From NCBI GenBank assembly GCA_902602595.1, contig CACKRJ010000002.1, positions 34,278 through 98,277 of the forward strand: 64,000 nt of DNA, given 5' to 3'. Under the pieces are notes generated by a model, which saw only the letters and a list, made by a program, of their open reading frames with translations, ran no database searches and was not told the origin of the DNA. Positions within the stretch are counted from its first letter, which is position 1; every line of letters begins with the position of its first letter. Positions 1 to 11,024 of the stretch are shown here, piece by piece. The position numbers and the translations under genes are program-made. The stretch is from an uncultured SAR86 cluster bacterium. Lineage in GTDB: Bacteria; Pseudomonadota; Gammaproteobacteria; Magnimaribacterales; D2472.

Positions 1-38
1 TAGAAGCCGCGAGAGCATTTGCTAAGAAGAATGATTGA
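1..38 (+). CDS. 3' end of an upstream gene (..EAARAFAKKND*), possibly kdsB
   Basis: Open frame to TGA at 36-38. kdsB often precedes murB in gammaproteobacteria, but only 11 codons are visible. Confidence 0.3.
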   Translation, partial: EAARAFAKKND

Positions 39-40
39 TT

Positions 41-1003
41 ATGCTTATTCCTAACTCTTTTGGCTTAACAGTAAAAGCAAAAAATTTCTTAAGCATAGAC
101 ACTTCTGACGATTTATCTGAATTACATTCAATCAAAGAAAACTCGATATTAATTCTTGGCGCTTGTACAAACGTAATATTGAACAAAGATATTGATAAAA
201 CTATTGTTCAAGTTAATTTTAAAGATATCAAAATGTATGAAGATTACCTTTCAGTAGGCGGAGGAGTTGATTGGGCCGATCTTATTGAATACTGCTTAAA
301 CAATAATTTATACGGAATAGAAAATTTAACTCATATTCCTGGATCTGTGGGTGCCGCACCTGTTCAAAATATTGGTGCATATGGAGTTGAGGTCAGTTCA
401 TTTATTCATAGTGTTGAATGTTTTAATTTGCTTACTCAGCAACAAGAAACTATTAAAAGGAAGGAATGCAAATTTGAATATCGAAATTCAATCTTTAAAT
501 CAAAAAACTATATTATTTTAAAGGTAAATTTTATTTTTCATAAAAGATTTGTGCCTAATTTAAGTTACCCAGCTTTAGCTAATTATTTAATCGATAATTC
601 TATTGATAAGAATTCTCTTACCCCGCAAATGCTTTCAAACTCTGTTAGAAATATAAGAAATTCAAAATTGCCTGATCCACGGTTAGAGCCAAATGTTGGA
701 AGTATCTTTAAAAATCCCATGGTGAGATCTCAAGATTTAGACAATGAATTCTTAGCTGGTCATAGGTGGGATCAGGTGGATGGATACACCAAACTCAGCT
801 CAGCCAGACTCATAGAATTAATTGAGCCTGAATTAAACATTCCTGATACTTTACGTTTATATGAGAATCATTCTCTTGTACTCATTAACAATGGTGAAGC
901 TTCATTTGATGAGGTTATCTCTGTTCTCAATCAAATTAAATCAAAGATATTTAAAAAATTTAAAATAAAATTAGAAATAGAACCTGAGATTATCTCATCA
1001 TGA
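41..1003 (+). CDS. murB: UDP-N-acetylenolpyruvoylglucosamine reductase
   Basis: IPGSVGAAPVQNIGAYG, FEYRNSIFK, NVGSIFKNP and LEIEP motifs; ATG at 41. Confidence 0.95.
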   Translation: MLIPNSFGLTVKAKNFLSIDTSDDLSELHSIKENSILILGACTNVILNKDIDKTIVQVNFKDIKMYEDYLSVGGGVDWADLIEYCLNNNLYGIENLTHIPGSVGAAPVQNIGAYGVEVSSFIHSVECFNLLTQQQETIKRKECKFEYRNSIFKSKNYIILKVNFIFHKRFVPNLSYPALANYLIDNSIDKNSLTPQMLSNSVRNIRNSKLPDPRLEPNVGSIFKNPMVRSQDLDNEFLAGHRWDQVDGYTKLSSARLIELIEPELNIPDTLRLYENHSLVLINNGEASFDEVISVLNQIKSKIFKKFKIKLEIEPEIISS

Positions 1004-1608
1004 TGTTTTTTTCAGCAGCCTTAGCTCATTTGTTAGCTGTAATGTCACCTGGTCCAGATACTGCCATTATTTTTCATCAATCATTAGTTAAAGGCAGAGC
1101 TCAGGGAATTCTTACCGCCCTAGGCATTGGTTTTGGTATATTTACTCACTGTTTTTTTGCTATTTCTGGAATCTCATTATTGATTTATAGCTCTGAGGAA
1201 GCTAAATTTTTTATTAAATGCATTGGGTCATTATATTTGCTATATCTTGGACTCAGCTTTTTTATTTCAAAAAAGTCATCTAAGTCAGATGAGTCAAAGG
1301 TCTTATTCAAAAATCCTTTTGTTATTGGCTTGGTAACTAATTTATTAAATGTGAAAGCATTTCTGTTTACTGTTTCCTTGTTCTCTTTTATAAATCTTGA
1401 TTCAAATACATTGATGTCTTTAATCTATTTATTCTATTTTCCACTAACTACTGCGGCATGGTTTTCCTTCGTCAGCTATGCATTAACTCATCATTCAATG
1501 GGTGATATTTTTAATAAGCATTCTGATAATATCCAATTTGCTTCTTCAGCATTTATTGCTGGATTAGGATTATTTATTTTGCTTCAAGCTTTATATGGAC
1601 TTCGCTGA
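1000..1608 (+). CDS. LysE/RhtB family translocator
   Basis: N-terminal SPGPD motif, NLLNVK, several hydrophobic segments. Confidence 0.9.
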   Translation: MMFFSAALAHLLAVMSPGPDTAIIFHQSLVKGRAQGILTALGIGFGIFTHCFFAISGISLLIYSSEEAKFFIKCIGSLYLLYLGLSFFISKKSSKSDESKVLFKNPFVIGLVTNLLNVKAFLFTVSLFSFINLDSNTLMSLIYLFYFPLTTAAWFSFVSYALTHHSMGDIFNKHSDNIQFASSAFIAGLGLFILLQALYGLR

Positions 1609-2137
1609 TTTATTGAACTCTGTTAACTCAATTGAGGAGAAATATCCTCCTGTGCATCTTTGGGATCCAGATTTGTGTGAGGGTGTAGAGATGAAAATTG
1701 ATAGGGAGGGCAATTGGTTTTATCAAGGTTCGATTATTGGCAGGGATAAATTAAAGATTTTATTTTCAAGAATTTTAAAACTCGAAGATGGTAAATATTA
1801 TTTGGTTACACCTGTTGAAAAAGTACCTGTAAAAGTAGATTTAGCTCCTTACAAGATAATTGATTATGAGGTTGATTCAGATAATAAAAATATTATCCTA
1901 AAAACAAATTTAGATTTATCCATACCCCTTGATAAAGATCATAAACTAGAACTTAAGAAAATAGGCGATGAGCATATTCCCTTTGTTCATGTAAGAAATA
2001 ATTTAGAGGGCTTTATCTCTCGCTCTGTCTACTATTCACTAATAGATATAGCTCTCAAGCAAGACAATAATTCAAAAGAACTATTAATTCTTCAAAGCTT
2101 TGATTGCTTCTTTGCATTGGGTGAGATGAGAGACTAA
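1595..2137 (+). CDS. DUF1285 family protein
   Basis: PPVHLWDP, IDREGNWFYQG and YYLVTPVEKV motifs. Confidence 0.85.
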   Translation: MDFADLLNSVNSIEEKYPPVHLWDPDLCEGVEMKIDREGNWFYQGSIIGRDKLKILFSRILKLEDGKYYLVTPVEKVPVKVDLAPYKIIDYEVDSDNKNIILKTNLDLSIPLDKDHKLELKKIGDEHIPFVHVRNNLEGFISRSVYYSLIDIALKQDNNSKELLILQSFDCFFALGEMRD

Positions 2138-3873
2138 TTTAATTCTTGCTCTATCCACTGATTAATATATTCTTCTAGAATATCTAGTGGTAGGGCACCT
2201 CTTTTTAGCACTTCATGATGAAAGTCTTTGATATCAAAATCTTCACCTAATTGAGATTCAGCTTTTGCTCTAAGTTCAAGTATTTTTAATTGGCCAATTT
2301 TATATGCCAATGCTTGTCCAGGCCAATTAATGTACCTGTCTACCTCATTCATAACATCCTGTTTGGTTTTTGCAGAATTATCTAAAAAATAATTAATAGC
2401 ATCTTGTCTGCTCCAATCAAAGTAGTGCATTCCTGTATCTACAACAAGTCTAATTGCTCTCCACATATCATAGGTCAATTGCCCAAATTTGGAATAAGGA
2501 TCCTTGTATAACCCAAGATCATAACCAAGCCTTTCACTGTATAGTCCCCAACCTTCAACAAAGGCAGTGATGCCTCCATATTTCCTAAAGTTTGGTAGAT
2601 CTAACTCCATTGCTAGTGCTATCTGCAAATGATGACCAGGCATTGCCTCATGAACGCTTAAAACTTCTATTTCATATTTTGGTCTAACTTCAGGTCGGTA
2701 TAAATTGACATAATAATACCCTGCTCGAGATCCATCAGCAGCCGGTCTCTGATAATAGGCTGTTGTAGTATCGGGTGCACTTTCCATTGGAATGGGTTTT
2801 AAACCATATGGCATAGATGGCAGCACTTTAAAAAGTTTTACTAGCTCTGGATCAATTCTTTTTGAGGTAGCTAGATATGACTCAAAAAGCTCTTCAGAAG
2901 TCTCATAGTAGAACTTAGGATTGGTACGTAAGTCATCTAGAAAAGATTTAAATGTTCCATCCCATTTAACCTCTTTAATAATGGCATCCATTTCATCTCT
3001 TATTCTTGCCACTTCAGTTAATCCAATTTCATGTATCTCTTGAGGAGTTAGATTTGTGGTTGTAAATTTTCTTGCTAAAAATTCATAGTATTCTTTACCA
3101 TTTTTAATTTCTTTAATACCAATAGATGTCCTGCAGGCTGGAAGATACTCATCCTTAAAAAATCTATGAAGTTTTATATAAGCTGGAATAACATTTGATT
3201 TAATAACAGCAAGAGCTTTTTTCTGAATCTCTTCTGTCTCTAGACTATCTATCGATCTATCCATCTCAAGAAAGACTCTATAAAAAGGGCTATCCTTTGG
3301 CTCTATAAAAGCTTGAAGCTCTATTTGCTTATAAACTTTTTGCATGAGAAATCTCGGAGGGACGATTTCCTCAGCTATACCTATTTTTGCTTTTTCAATT
3401 GCCGCATCTACCAATACATCTATCTTTGAAATTCTTTCTATCCAATCTAAGTAGTGTTGCTTATTTCTAAGGGGTACTATGCTAGTAGTTTCGTGCTGCA
3501 GCTGAATGCCGCCTCTATGACTAAATGGAATTAAAAAGGTTTTATAGGTATGAGATTCTATGGAATTCTCATATTGTTGTTTGAACAATAAGTAATTCAC
3601 TTTATTATCTTCGGTGAAATCACTTGCATCTAGACCATCTAATATATTAAGGACATCTAATTGATGTTGATGCTCTGTGTAAATATTTTCGACTGAGGTA
3701 TCAGACCATTCAGTATTTTGACTGAGATCACCCATGCTTGAAGCATAAACAGGGTTGTCATTAACAATTTTAGACCACTCAGAATCAAGCAACGACTCAA
3801 ACTTAATTTGCGAGGATTCAGATGAACAACCAGAGAGTAGAACTATAAATGCAATTAATTTGAAATTGTTCAT
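2134..3873 (-). CDS. DUF885 family lipoprotein (putative metallopeptidase)
   Basis: Lipobox LSGC; HEAMPGHHLQ, EGWGLYSE and PGQALAYKIG motifs. Confidence 0.9.
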   Translation of the reverse strand: MNNFKLIAFIVLLSGCSSESSQIKFESLLDSEWSKIVNDNPVYASSMGDLSQNTEWSDTSVENIYTEHQHQLDVLNILDGLDASDFTEDNKVNYLLFKQQYENSIESHTYKTFLIPFSHRGGIQLQHETTSIVPLRNKQHYLDWIERISKIDVLVDAAIEKAKIGIAEEIVPPRFLMQKVYKQIELQAFIEPKDSPFYRVFLEMDRSIDSLETEEIQKKALAVIKSNVIPAYIKLHRFFKDEYLPACRTSIGIKEIKNGKEYYEFLARKFTTTNLTPQEIHEIGLTEVARIRDEMDAIIKEVKWDGTFKSFLDDLRTNPKFYYETSEELFESYLATSKRIDPELVKLFKVLPSMPYGLKPIPMESAPDTTTAYYQRPAADGSRAGYYYVNLYRPEVRPKYEIEVLSVHEAMPGHHLQIALAMELDLPNFRKYGGITAFVEGWGLYSERLGYDLGLYKDPYSKFGQLTYDMWRAIRLVVDTGMHYFDWSRQDAINYFLDNSAKTKQDVMNEVDRYINWPGQALAYKIGQLKILELRAKAESQLGEDFDIKDFHHEVLKRGALPLDILEEYINQWIEQELN

Positions 3874-5498
3874 TACATATTTGGATAATTTGGGCCGCCA
3901 GTTCCCTCAGGTGTGACCCAGGTTATATTCTGTGATGGGTCTTTAATATCGCACGTTTTGCAATGCACACAGTTTTGTCCATTAATCACAAATTCTGGAC
4001 CTGAATCTTTTTCAACAACCTCATAAACACCGGCAGGGCAATATCTTTGAGCTGGCTCTGCATACATTGGAAGATTTTGTAGAATAGGAATAGAAGAATC
4101 TTTTAATGTTAAATGACAAGGTTGATCTTCTTCATGATAGGTATTAGAAAGAAAAACACTGCTTAATTTATCAAAGCTAATTTTTCCATCTGGTTTTGGA
4201 TACTCTATTACTGGCATCTCAGCTGCAGGTTTCAAGCAAGCATAATCTGGTGTTGTGTGGTGCAAGGTAAAAGGTAAATTACCTCTAAAAATAAGTTGAT
4301 CAATAGCATTAAAAGCTGCTCCAATCAACGCTCCAAATTTATGAAACATTGGACCAAAGTTCCTAGATTTATAAAGCTCTGCATGTATCCAACTATTTGC
4401 AACCATTTCATCAAAGTGGAGGGCATTTTCAGATTCAAGATTATTAAAAATTGCTTCTGCGGCGAGCATTCCAGATTTCATTGCGGTATGAGAGCCTTTA
4501 ATTTTTGAAAAGTTAAGTGTCCCAGCATTATCACCGACCAATACTCCACCAGGGAATTCCATACTAGGCAATGATTGAATTCCACCCTTAATTAATGCTC
4601 TTGCACCATAGGTCAATCTTTCACCACCCTCTATATATGGTTTGATCGATGGATGAGTTTTCCAAGTTTGAAATTCGTCAAAAGGACTTAAATGTGGGTT
4701 TTCATAGTCAAGAGGAACCACATAACCAAGATATACTTCATTATTATCAGCATGATATAAATAAGAGCCTGCAGGAGTATTTTTAGCACTAGGCCAACCA
4801 TTGGTATGAATTACTAAACCTTCTTCGTGAACCTCATCTTTAACTTTCCATACTTCTTTAAAACCAATTCCATAATGTTGTGGATCTTTGTCTTTATCTA
4901 ATTCAAACTTAGCGATAAGTTGTTTTCCAAGATGGCCTCTACATCCCTCACCAAATATTGTGTACTTAGCTTTAATATCAATCCCTGCTTCGAACCCAGG
5001 TTTTTCTTCGCCATTTAGTCCAACTCCCATATCACCTGTTCTGACACCAACAACTTTATCATTTTCATAGAGAATCTCGCTTGCAGGAAATCCAGGAAAT
5101 ATTTCTACTCCTAGATCTTCAGCTTGAGTTGCAAGCCATCGACAAAGATTACCCAAACTAGTTACATAGTTTCCGTGATTGTTCATTGGAGGCATAACAA
5201 AGGAGGGAATAGAAATTCCAAATTTTTCAAATAAAAACATTAACTTATCTTTCTTAACTGGTACATTTAATGGGCAGTTTTTATCCTTCCAGTCTGGAAT
5301 TAATTCATTAAGTGCAGTTGGTTGAAAAACATTACCTGAAAGAATATGAGCTCCAATTTCAGACCCTTTTTCAAGCAAGCATATTTCTAGAGGTTTATTA
5401 TTTTCTTTTGATAGTTGTGCTAGTTTTATGGCAGCGCTGAGCCCCGACGGACCGCCTCCTACTATCACTACATCGTATTCCATTACTTCTCTTTCCAT
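3873..5498 (-). CDS. Electron transfer flavoprotein-ubiquinone oxidoreductase
   Basis: DVVIVGGGPSG FAD motif; C-terminal CPAGVYE and NCVHCKTCD 4Fe-4S motif; divergent from etfBA. Confidence 0.97.
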   Translation of the reverse strand: MEREVMEYDVVIVGGGPSGLSAAIKLAQLSKENNKPLEICLLEKGSEIGAHILSGNVFQPTALNELIPDWKDKNCPLNVPVKKDKLMFLFEKFGISIPSFVMPPMNNHGNYVTSLGNLCRWLATQAEDLGVEIFPGFPASEILYENDKVVGVRTGDMGVGLNGEEKPGFEAGIDIKAKYTIFGEGCRGHLGKQLIAKFELDKDKDPQHYGIGFKEVWKVKDEVHEEGLVIHTNGWPSAKNTPAGSYLYHADNNEVYLGYVVPLDYENPHLSPFDEFQTWKTHPSIKPYIEGGERLTYGARALIKGGIQSLPSMEFPGGVLVGDNAGTLNFSKIKGSHTAMKSGMLAAEAIFNNLESENALHFDEMVANSWIHAELYKSRNFGPMFHKFGALIGAAFNAIDQLIFRGNLPFTLHHTTPDYACLKPAAEMPVIEYPKPDGKISFDKLSSVFLSNTYHEEDQPCHLTLKDSSIPILQNLPMYAEPAQRYCPAGVYEVVEKDSGPEFVINGQNCVHCKTCDIKDPSQNITWVTPEGTGGPNYPNM

Positions 5499-5640
5499 GA
5501 GTTAGCTCCCTCTTTTTTTAGTGGTAAAAAAACATTACAATTATATCCCTTACATAACTATCGAACGAATATTATTATATAAAAAATTGATAATAAATTA
5601 TAACTAAATATAATAGTATCAAAATTAACGAGCCCTATAT

Positions 5641-6393
5641 ATGAAAATAGTAGTACCCATAAAACGCGTTGTAGATTATAACGTGAAAGTCAGACCTCTT
5701 GGAGATCAATCAGATGTTGATCTTAATAATGTAAAAATGGCCATGAATCCTTTTTGTGAAATAGCTATTGAAGAAGCTGTGAGATTAAAAGAGGCTGGCA
5801 CGGCTACTGAAGTTATTGCCGTAACGGTTGGTAAGACAGACTCTCAAGAGCAGTTAAGAACTGCATTAGCCTTAGGCGCAGATAGAGCGATATTGGTTGA
5901 AACAGACTCACTGCTTGAACCCCTAGCAATTGCAAAAGCATTATCAAAAGTTATTGAGGCTGAATCACCTCAGCTTGTAATACTTGGTAAGCAAGCTATT
6001 GATGGAGATAACAATCAGACAGGCCAGATGCTTGCAGCCCTATTAAATTACGGTCAAGCAACTTTTGCCTCAGAAATTTCTATTGATGGGAATTCTGCTT
6101 CTGTTACTCGTGAAATTGATGGTGGTCTGCAAACTATTCAAGTTTCACTTCCAGCTATTGTTACAACTGATCTACGATTGAACGAACCACGTTACGCATC
6201 ATTGCCTAATATCATGAAAGCAAAGAAAAAAGAATTAGATGTCCAACCAATTGATGCCATGGGCTTAGACACAGCACCTCGCATGGAATTACTTTCAGTT
6301 GAATTACCAGCCGCAAGACAAGAGGGCATTAAGGTTGAGTCAGTTGAAGAATTAGTTGGCAAATTAAAAAACGAAGCAAAGGTGATTTCATGA
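5641..6393 (+). CDS. etfB: Electron transfer flavoprotein beta subunit
   Basis: [29 protein letters not shown]. Confidence 0.97.
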   Translation: MKIVVPIKRVVDYNVKVRPLGDQSDVDLNNVKMAMNPFCEIAIEEAVRLKEAGTATEVIAVTVGKTDSQEQLRTALALGADRAILVETDSLLEPLAIAKALSKVIEAESPQLVILGKQAIDGDNNQTGQMLAALLNYGQATFASEISIDGNSASVTREIDGGLQTIQVSLPAIVTTDLRLNEPRYASLPNIMKAKKKELDVQPIDAMGLDTAPRMELLSVELPAARQEGIKVESVEELVGKLKNEAKVIS

Positions 6394-7319
6394 GCACATT
6401 AGTTATAGCAGAACACGATAATACTAATCTTAAGCCCGCAACACTTAACACTGTTGCAGCGGCAAATGTAATTGGAGGCGCAGTTCACATACTTGTAGCA
6501 GGCCATTCTTGCCAATCTGTAGCCGATGAAGCTGCAGCTGTTGGCGGTGTTGAAAAAGTTATCTTAGCTGATGACTCTGCTTACGAAAATCAATTAGCCG
6601 AGAGCATAGCAAATTTAATAAAATCAATTTCATCTGATTATTCTCATATTCTCGCACCAGCTACAACTTTCGGTAAAAATGTTTTACCTAGACTCAGTGC
6701 ATTGCTTGATGTTCAACAAATTTCTGAAATCACTGAAGTCGTATCAGAAGATACTTTTAAACGTCCTATATATGCTGGTAGTTGCATTGCGACAGTTAAA
6801 TCTAGCGATGCGGTAAAAGTTATCACTGTGAGAGCTACTGCTTTTGATCCTGTAGATGCTAGCGGCGGGTCTGCATCTGTTGAATCAATTTCAGCTGATG
6901 GGGTTTCTGATTTATCTTCATTCGTAAATGAAGAGATAGCTCAAAGCGATAGACCGGAGCTTACCGCTGCAAGTATTGTAATTTCTGGTGGACGAGGCAT
7001 GCAATCAGGAGATAATTTCCATCTCTTGGAAACTATTGCTGACAAGCTGGGAGCTGCAGTTGGCGCTTCAAGGGCGGCTGTAGATGCAGGATTTGTTCCT
7101 AATGATTATCAGGTTGGTCAAACCGGTAAAATTGTTGCTCCAGATCTATATATTGCAGTTGGTATCAGCGGAGCCATTCAGCATTTGGCTGGAATGAAAG
7201 ATTCAAAAGTTATAGTTGCAATTAACAAGGACGAGGATGCGCCTATATTTCAAGTAGCTGATTATGGCTTGGTTGCTGATTTATTTAATGCCTTGCCCGA
7301 GTTATCTGAACAACTATAA
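6390..7319 (+). CDS. etfA: Electron transfer flavoprotein alpha subunit
   Basis: [30 protein letters not shown]. Confidence 0.97.
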   Translation: MSTLVIAEHDNTNLKPATLNTVAAANVIGGAVHILVAGHSCQSVADEAAAVGGVEKVILADDSAYENQLAESIANLIKSISSDYSHILAPATTFGKNVLPRLSALLDVQQISEITEVVSEDTFKRPIYAGSCIATVKSSDAVKVITVRATAFDPVDASGGSASVESISADGVSDLSSFVNEEIAQSDRPELTAASIVISGGRGMQSGDNFHLLETIADKLGAAVGASRAAVDAGFVPNDYQVGQTGKIVAPDLYIAVGISGAIQHLAGMKDSKVIVAINKDEDAPIFQVADYGLVADLFNALPELSEQL

Positions 7320-7320
7320 C

Positions 7321-8427
7321 TTATTGATTTGTAGTTATATTTTCGCCCAGTCTGTTAATATTTTGGCTGGCTGAACCGTTAATCAGTTCACATTCTTTTG
7401 CTAATAAGCAATACCTCCAAAGGACATAATCTTTATCAACTCCCATTCCTCCGTGAAGGTGTTGGGCTGAGTAGCTAATTTTATGACAGGCATTTCCAGC
7501 CCAAATCTTCGATACTAATGCCTCATTTTCACAATCAAGGTTAGTATTTAGGTTTATAGAAGCCTGCTGATTAACAAGCCTGAGGCATTCAAGCTCAATA
7601 AAGCAATCTGCAGCTCTATGTGATACAGCTTGAAAAGTTCCAATAACTCTTCCAAATTGCTCTCTCTCAGATGTATATCCTGCTATTAATGATGTCATTT
7701 TTTCAGTCACACCTAACGCAATATAACTTCTCATTACCATGTTTAATTGAATGAGGTATTTTAAAGCCTCTAAACCTCTACCTTTTTCATGGATAATAGA
7801 TTCTCTGTCCACTTTCACTGAATCTAATTCAACCTTAAAAAGTGGGGAGTTCGCCGTGCTATTTAACTCGGTTAACTTCAATTGATCTGTATCGACTAAA
7901 ATCAATAAAACACCTTCATTTGAGTTAGTAGAAATGAGAATACTTTTAGCAATTGAGGCTATTTCAGATAGATATTTCGTTCCAGTAATAACTACTTGAT
8001 TATTTTCTATTTCAGCTGCAGTGATTGGATTTTCAGGATCTTGGTTAGAGGGTTCTAAAATTGCAGAGGTATATATTTCACCTGCAATAATTGAGCTGAG
8101 TATTTCATTGCATGATTCTTCATTACTAAATTTCTGAATTGTTTGAGCTACATCTGCCAAACAGCCACTTAAACTTAATGGTGCTGCATGGTATCCAAGC
8201 CGCTCAAATAATATACCCAGATCATAGAGATCTTCACCACTGCCGCCATATTTTTCATTTAGACCCAACCCTAAAAAACCATTAGTAGATAATAGAGAAA
8301 GCAAATCTTCATCATGTTTGAAGTTTGCATCATATTTTTTTAAACGTTCCTGCGAGCAATGCTCACTGAGAATTTTATCCAATGAATCCCTGATTTCAGT
8401 TTGATGTGATAGCTCAGAAAAATCCAT
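7321..8427 (-). CDS. Acyl-CoA dehydrogenase, short partner subunit (FadE27/FadE28-like)
   Basis: REQFGRVIGTFQAVSH and QHLHGGMG; stop/start overlap with upstream ACAD. Confidence 0.85.
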   Translation of the reverse strand: MDFSELSHQTEIRDSLDKILSEHCSQERLKKYDANFKHDEDLLSLLSTNGFLGLGLNEKYGGSGEDLYDLGILFERLGYHAAPLSLSGCLADVAQTIQKFSNEESCNEILSSIIAGEIYTSAILEPSNQDPENPITAAEIENNQVVITGTKYLSEIASIAKSILISTNSNEGVLLILVDTDQLKLTELNSTANSPLFKVELDSVKVDRESIIHEKGRGLEALKYLIQLNMVMRSYIALGVTEKMTSLIAGYTSEREQFGRVIGTFQAVSHRAADCFIELECLRLVNQQASINLNTNLDCENEALVSKIWAGNACHKISYSAQHLHGGMGVDKDYVLWRYCLLAKECELINGSASQNINRLGENITTNQ

Positions 8428-9608
8428 TAGCGTGTCCTTGGCATTAATAATCCAGCCATAGCAATAATATCTCTCTGGACCTCATTGGTTCCACCACCAA
8501 ACGTTAGAATTGAAGCAGTTCTGTACATGCGTTCAAGTCTCGCATTTAAGATTTTTAATTCAGAGTTATTTTTTAGAATACTAAGCTCACCAATGATTTC
8601 CATCATTAGTCTGTAGGCCTCAATAAAAAATTCAGATCCATAGACTTTTGCAACAGATGCCTCAGCCATATTTAATTGGCCTGACTCCATAATCCAAGTT
8701 TGTTTCCAACAAATAAGCTTAAGAGCCTCAATGCCTGAGTGAACTTGAGCAAGATTATGTTTTACCCATGATAGGTCACTCAAATATTGATCATTATTGA
8801 TTTTTGTAGATTGGGCAGTTTCTAAGACATCTTTATAAAGTTCTTCTACAGGACCATGATTAACAAGTGCCAAGCGTTCCAAGTTGAGTTGGCTTGTTAT
8901 TAAGGACCATCCCTGATTAAGCTCTCCAACGAGATGAGTTTCTGGCACATGAATATTGTCATAAAATGTTGCATTAGTTCTTACATCTCCCAATGTATTT
9001 ATTGCAGACATGGAAAATCCAGGATCATCTGTTGGAACAATGAACATTGAAATTCCTTTATGATTTTTTGCTTCAAAATCAGTCCTTGTTGCCAACCAAA
9101 TATAGTCAGAGAAATTAGCTAAACTTGTCCACATCTTTTGACCATTAATAAGGTACCCATCACTTTGTTTAATTGCTTTAGTTTGCAATGATGCCAAGTC
9201 AGTACCTGAGTTTGGTTCTGAGTACCCAATTCCAAAAATTAACTCGCCTTTAAGAATCTTGGTCGCAATTTCTTCCTTCGCCCATTCAGATCCATGTTCT
9301 GCAATCATAGGGCCAACAGATTCAGTCGTTAAAAAAGGGAAGGGGAACCCAGTTCTCATCACTGTCTCTACAAAGATGTATTGCTCAATTGGACTTAACT
9401 CCTTGCCACCAAATTCTTTTTTCCAGCTTAAGCCTATCCATCCATCTGAGCCCATAGTTTTCATAGCTTTCTTAAATTCTGGCCCACCGCCTTCGAAATG
9501 TTCTGGTTGGTTGAGCTCTGTTCTAAGTGCGGGTGTAATTAAGCTTTCAAAGTATTCTTGAAGCTCGTTTTGGAGTTTGACCTGTTTTTGATTTAACTGT
9601 ATTAACAT
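8427..9608 (-). CDS. Acyl-CoA dehydrogenase, catalytic subunit (FadE26/FadE29-like)
   Basis: IGYSEPNSGTDLASL, QLNLER, FGGGTNEVQRDIIA; ATG at 9608 preferred. Confidence 0.9.
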   Translation of the reverse strand: MLIQLNQKQVKLQNELQEYFESLITPALRTELNQPEHFEGGGPEFKKAMKTMGSDGWIGLSWKKEFGGKELSPIEQYIFVETVMRTGFPFPFLTTESVGPMIAEHGSEWAKEEIATKILKGELIFGIGYSEPNSGTDLASLQTKAIKQSDGYLINGQKMWTSLANFSDYIWLATRTDFEAKNHKGISMFIVPTDDPGFSMSAINTLGDVRTNATFYDNIHVPETHLVGELNQGWSLITSQLNLERLALVNHGPVEELYKDVLETAQSTKINNDQYLSDLSWVKHNLAQVHSGIEALKLICWKQTWIMESGQLNMAEASVAKVYGSEFFIEAYRLMMEIIGELSILKNNSELKILNARLERMYRTASILTFGGGTNEVQRDIIAMAGLLMPRTR

Positions 9609-9668
9609 TTTAGATATTAGTATCTCATCTCCATTTCTCAAGGCAATATCTTAGTGTATTATTTGGCT

Positions 9669-9848
9669 ATGGCTAGCTATTCACGAACAATGGACTTTCT
9701 CCACAAAAAGCTCTTGCAAGCTACCACAAAAGATCAAGAGGATAAAATAGTTGATTGGATGCTTGCCGAAGCGAAGCTTAAGCAGACTTCAGAAAAAAAT
9801 AGTAAAAACATCACTTCTGATAAAAGCAAACCAATTGATACAGTTTAG
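9669..9848 (+). CDS. Small hypothetical protein (59 aa)
   Basis: Fills the gap between ACAD and trmA; TATTAT -10-like box 6 nt before ATG 9669. Confidence 0.5.
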   Translation: MASYSRTMDFLHKKLLQATTKDQEDKIVDWMLAEAKLKQTSEKNSKNITSDKSKPIDTV

Positions 9849-9855
9849 AATTTTA

Positions 9856-10863
9856 TTATTTTAGTAAAGCAACAACTTCTAGGTGTTGCGTATTAGCAAA
9901 TTGATCAAAAATACCAATCGATTCAATTTTTCTGTTTACTTTAACCATATCCCTTAGAAATGTTTCCGGGTTACATGAAATATAAATCATGTTTTTAAAC
10001 TGTTTTGATAACTTGATTGTTTCAGTGCTTAACCCAGTACGAGGTGGATCTACTAAAATATGACTGAATTCATAGGATTGCATATCAATATTTTCCAATC
10101 TTCTAAATGGCCGTTCATTGGCAAGTGCAGATGCTGTTTCATCGTCTGATAGCCTTGCAGTTTGAATATTAGAAAGATTGTTTAACTTGATTGATTCTTT
10201 AAGCAGTCTAATAGAATGTCTATTATTTTCAGTAGCAAAAACTTTATTAAATTTTGATGCCAATGGAAGAGTAAAGCCACCACAGCCACAATATAGTTCC
10301 AATAAATCCCTGGGATTCTCTAATTGCTTAGTAATGAATGAGATCATTAAAGAGTAAAGGTAAAAATTAGGCTGAAAAAAAACTGAATCATTTTGCAGGA
10401 TCTTAAAACTAGAGTCAGCATAATTGCAGAGCAATTCTATATCTTCTTCGCCTATTATTACCTTTTGTTTTTTACTTCTTCCAATAATAGATATGTTTGG
10501 TAGGCTATCTTGTATATTCTTTGCAGCTTGAATCCACTCTTCTTCAAGTGGTTTATGGTAGATCAGTGTGGCTAAAACTTTTGTTCCCGAAGTTCTAAAA
10601 TTTACTTGAAACAATTTTTTTTTAATAATCTCAGATTTGTTAATTTTAGATAACAAATTTGGCATTAACTGTTGAATAGACGGATGAGGAATTGATGATT
10701 GATCCATGTATATCTTGTGTTTATGTGACACCATTGTGAAGTAGTTCTTACTGAAACCGAACTCAGCTCTTGCTCTGTATCCAGTTGCTGGTGATAAATA
10801 AATCTCAGGTTTAATATCAGTATGGTTGCTTAGTTCGTTACAGAATTTAGACAACTTATTCAT
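9856..10863 (-). CDS. trmA: tRNA/tmRNA (uracil-C5)-methyltransferase
   Basis: YRARAEF, LLELYCGCG, VDPPRTG, YISCNP, DQF..T.HLE. Confidence 0.93.
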   Translation of the reverse strand: MNKLSKFCNELSNHTDIKPEIYLSPATGYRARAEFGFSKNYFTMVSHKHKIYMDQSSIPHPSIQQLMPNLLSKINKSEIIKKKLFQVNFRTSGTKVLATLIYHKPLEEEWIQAAKNIQDSLPNISIIGRSKKQKVIIGEEDIELLCNYADSSFKILQNDSVFFQPNFYLYSLMISFITKQLENPRDLLELYCGCGGFTLPLASKFNKVFATENNRHSIRLLKESIKLNNLSNIQTARLSDDETASALANERPFRRLENIDMQSYEFSHILVDPPRTGLSTETIKLSKQFKNMIYISCNPETFLRDMVKVNRKIESIGIFDQFANTQHLEVVALLK

Positions 10864-11024
10864 ATCAAATTAATTACGAGTATAATAAGACTTATAAACA
10901 CTACATTTAAAGTTATAAATAGAATAATAAATTTAGAAATGCTGAGATTGCTTAGATCATTTTCTAAATCTTTTGAGGTGCGGACACCTATTAACGAAGC
11001 TAATATTCTTTTGAGCCACATATT

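Noticed and set aside
10899-10906. CACTACAT RccR-like half-site between trmA and nfuA
   Set aside because: It is a single half-site with no partner and no fitting target gene.
10941-11000. TPP riboswitch suggested by GCTGAGA
   Set aside because: The downstream ACCTGA and GGGA core elements are missing and the gene context is wrong.
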